DNA from: a virus
Taxonomy: Duplodnaviria; Heunggongvirae; Uroviricota; Caudoviricetes
Length of the DNA stretch: 8,410 nucleotides
IMG/VR virus record: IMGVR_UViG_2734482533_000009
Reading direction: 5' to 3' (one strand)
Of this stretch, positions 8,201-8,410 are shown in pieces. Position numbers and translations under genes: made by a program. Numbering within the stretch: the first letter of the stretch is position 1; the number at the start of each line of letters is the position of its first letter. A model generated the notes under the pieces. That model was not told the DNA's origin, ran no database searches, and saw only the letters and a list, made by a program, of their open reading frames with translations.

Positions 8201-8410
8201 CCCTTAATGGTGATGTCTTTTTCCGTCACCCAGCCACCGTTACGCTGTATCTGAACCAGCAGGCGAACTTCAGACGGATTCCTGTCTCCCTTTGAGGTGG
8301 TTTCCACCAGTGCCTGTACACCGAAGGTAAAACGCAGTCGGTCAATGTTTGCCGACGTGATGGTCCGGGTGATCGGCGTGTCATATTTCACTTCCGTACC
8401 CAGCACCGTC
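5203..8410 (-). CDS. J: Tail tip host-specificity protein J (central tail fibre), C-terminal ~1067 codons; N-terminus outside the window; interrupted by an in-frame N-run
   Basis: Long stretches match lambda gpJ as I recall it (e.g. [99 protein letters not shown]). Stop TGA at 5203..5205. The frame is continuous across the N-run. Confidence 0.95.
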   Translation of the reverse strand, partial: TVLGTEVKYDTPITRTITSANIDRLRFTFGVQALVETTSKGDRNPSEVRLLVQIQRNGGWVTEKDITIKGKTTSQYLASVVVDNLPPRPFNIRMRRMTPDSTTDQLQNKTLWSSYTEIIDVKQCYPNTALVGVQVDSEQFGSQQVSRNYHLRGRILQVPSNYNPQTRQYSGIWDGTLKPAYSNNMAWCLWDMLTHPRYGMGKRLGAADVDKWALYVIGQYCDQSVPDGFGSTEPRITCNAWLTTQRKAWDVLSDFCSAMRCXXXXXXXXXXXXXXXXXXXXXXXXXXXXXXXXXXXXXXXXXXXXXXXXXXXXXXXXXXXXXXXXXXXXXXXXXXXXXXXXXXXXQAHRAGLWLIKTELLETQTVDFSVGAEGLRHVPGDVIEICDDDYAGIRTGGRVLAVNSQTRTLTLDREITLPSSGTTLISLVDGQGNPVSVEVQSVTDGVKVKVSRVPDGVAEYSVWGLKLPTLHQRLFRCVSIRENDDGTYAITAVQHVPEKEAIVDNGAHFDGDQSGTVNGVTPPAVQHLTAEVTADSGEYQVLARWDTPKVVKGVSFLLRLTVTADDGSERLVSTARTTETTYRFTQLALGNYRLTVRAVNAWGQQGDPASVSFRIAAPAALSRIELTPGYFQITATPHLAVYDPTVQFEFWFSEKRIADIRQVETTARYLGTALYWIAASINIKPGHDYYFYIRSVNTVGKSAFVEAVGQPSDDASGYLDFFKGEIGKTHLAQELWTQIDNGQLAPDLAEIRTSITDVSNEITQTVNKKLEDQSAAIQQIQKVQVDTNNNLNSMWAVKLQQMQDGRLYIAGIGAGIENTPDGMQSQVLLAADRIAMVNPANGNTKPMFVGQGDQIFMNDVFLKRLTAPTITSGGNPSAFSLTPDGKLTAKNADISGSVNANAGTLNNVTVNENCTIKGMLEATQVRGDFVKAVSKSFPKQAGTWGNTETPNGTVTVTISDDHNFDRQIIIPPIIFNGIAYDDPGSGNNPGGTRYTGYGFEVRKNGVLIASRETKGAIPGSYSAVIDMPSGGGSVTLEFKIFQKGNQGAGNITDCTVIVTKKAASGISIR
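7377..7626. other. Run of 250 N inside J; reading frame is preserved across it
   Basis: Contiguous n characters. J codon boundaries fall at 7627 and the frame resumes correctly at 7372..7376 (X then QAHRAG), so the Ns replace real sequence of equal length. Confidence 1.

Overview
This window is the distal end of the late (tail) region of a lambda-like enterobacterial prophage, read on the minus strand, and I do not see a clearly novel multi-gene system in it. In phage order (right to left): the C-terminal ~1067 codons of host-specificity protein J (5203..8410, 5' end outside the window), a Lom/Ail-family outer-membrane protein gene whose conserved C-terminal strand is out of frame (4616..5132), a long lambda-Stf-like side tail fibre gene (start 4551, 3' end lost in an N-run), and the tail fibre assembly gene tfa (833..1366, start hidden in the same N-run). 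Intrinsic terminator hairpins sit between J and lom and between lom and stf. Left of tfa is a ~750 bp low-GC, ORF-poor segment (84..832), then the terminal 83 bp of an IS1 element (1..83). Two N-runs (1367..1692 and 7377..7626) mask real sequence. The least explained part is the low-GC segment, which contains a compact plus-strand promoter / 33-codon hydrophobic ORF / terminator arrangement. All homology statements rest on reading the translations and recalling lambda J, Stf, Tfa, Lom and IS1; no database search was run.
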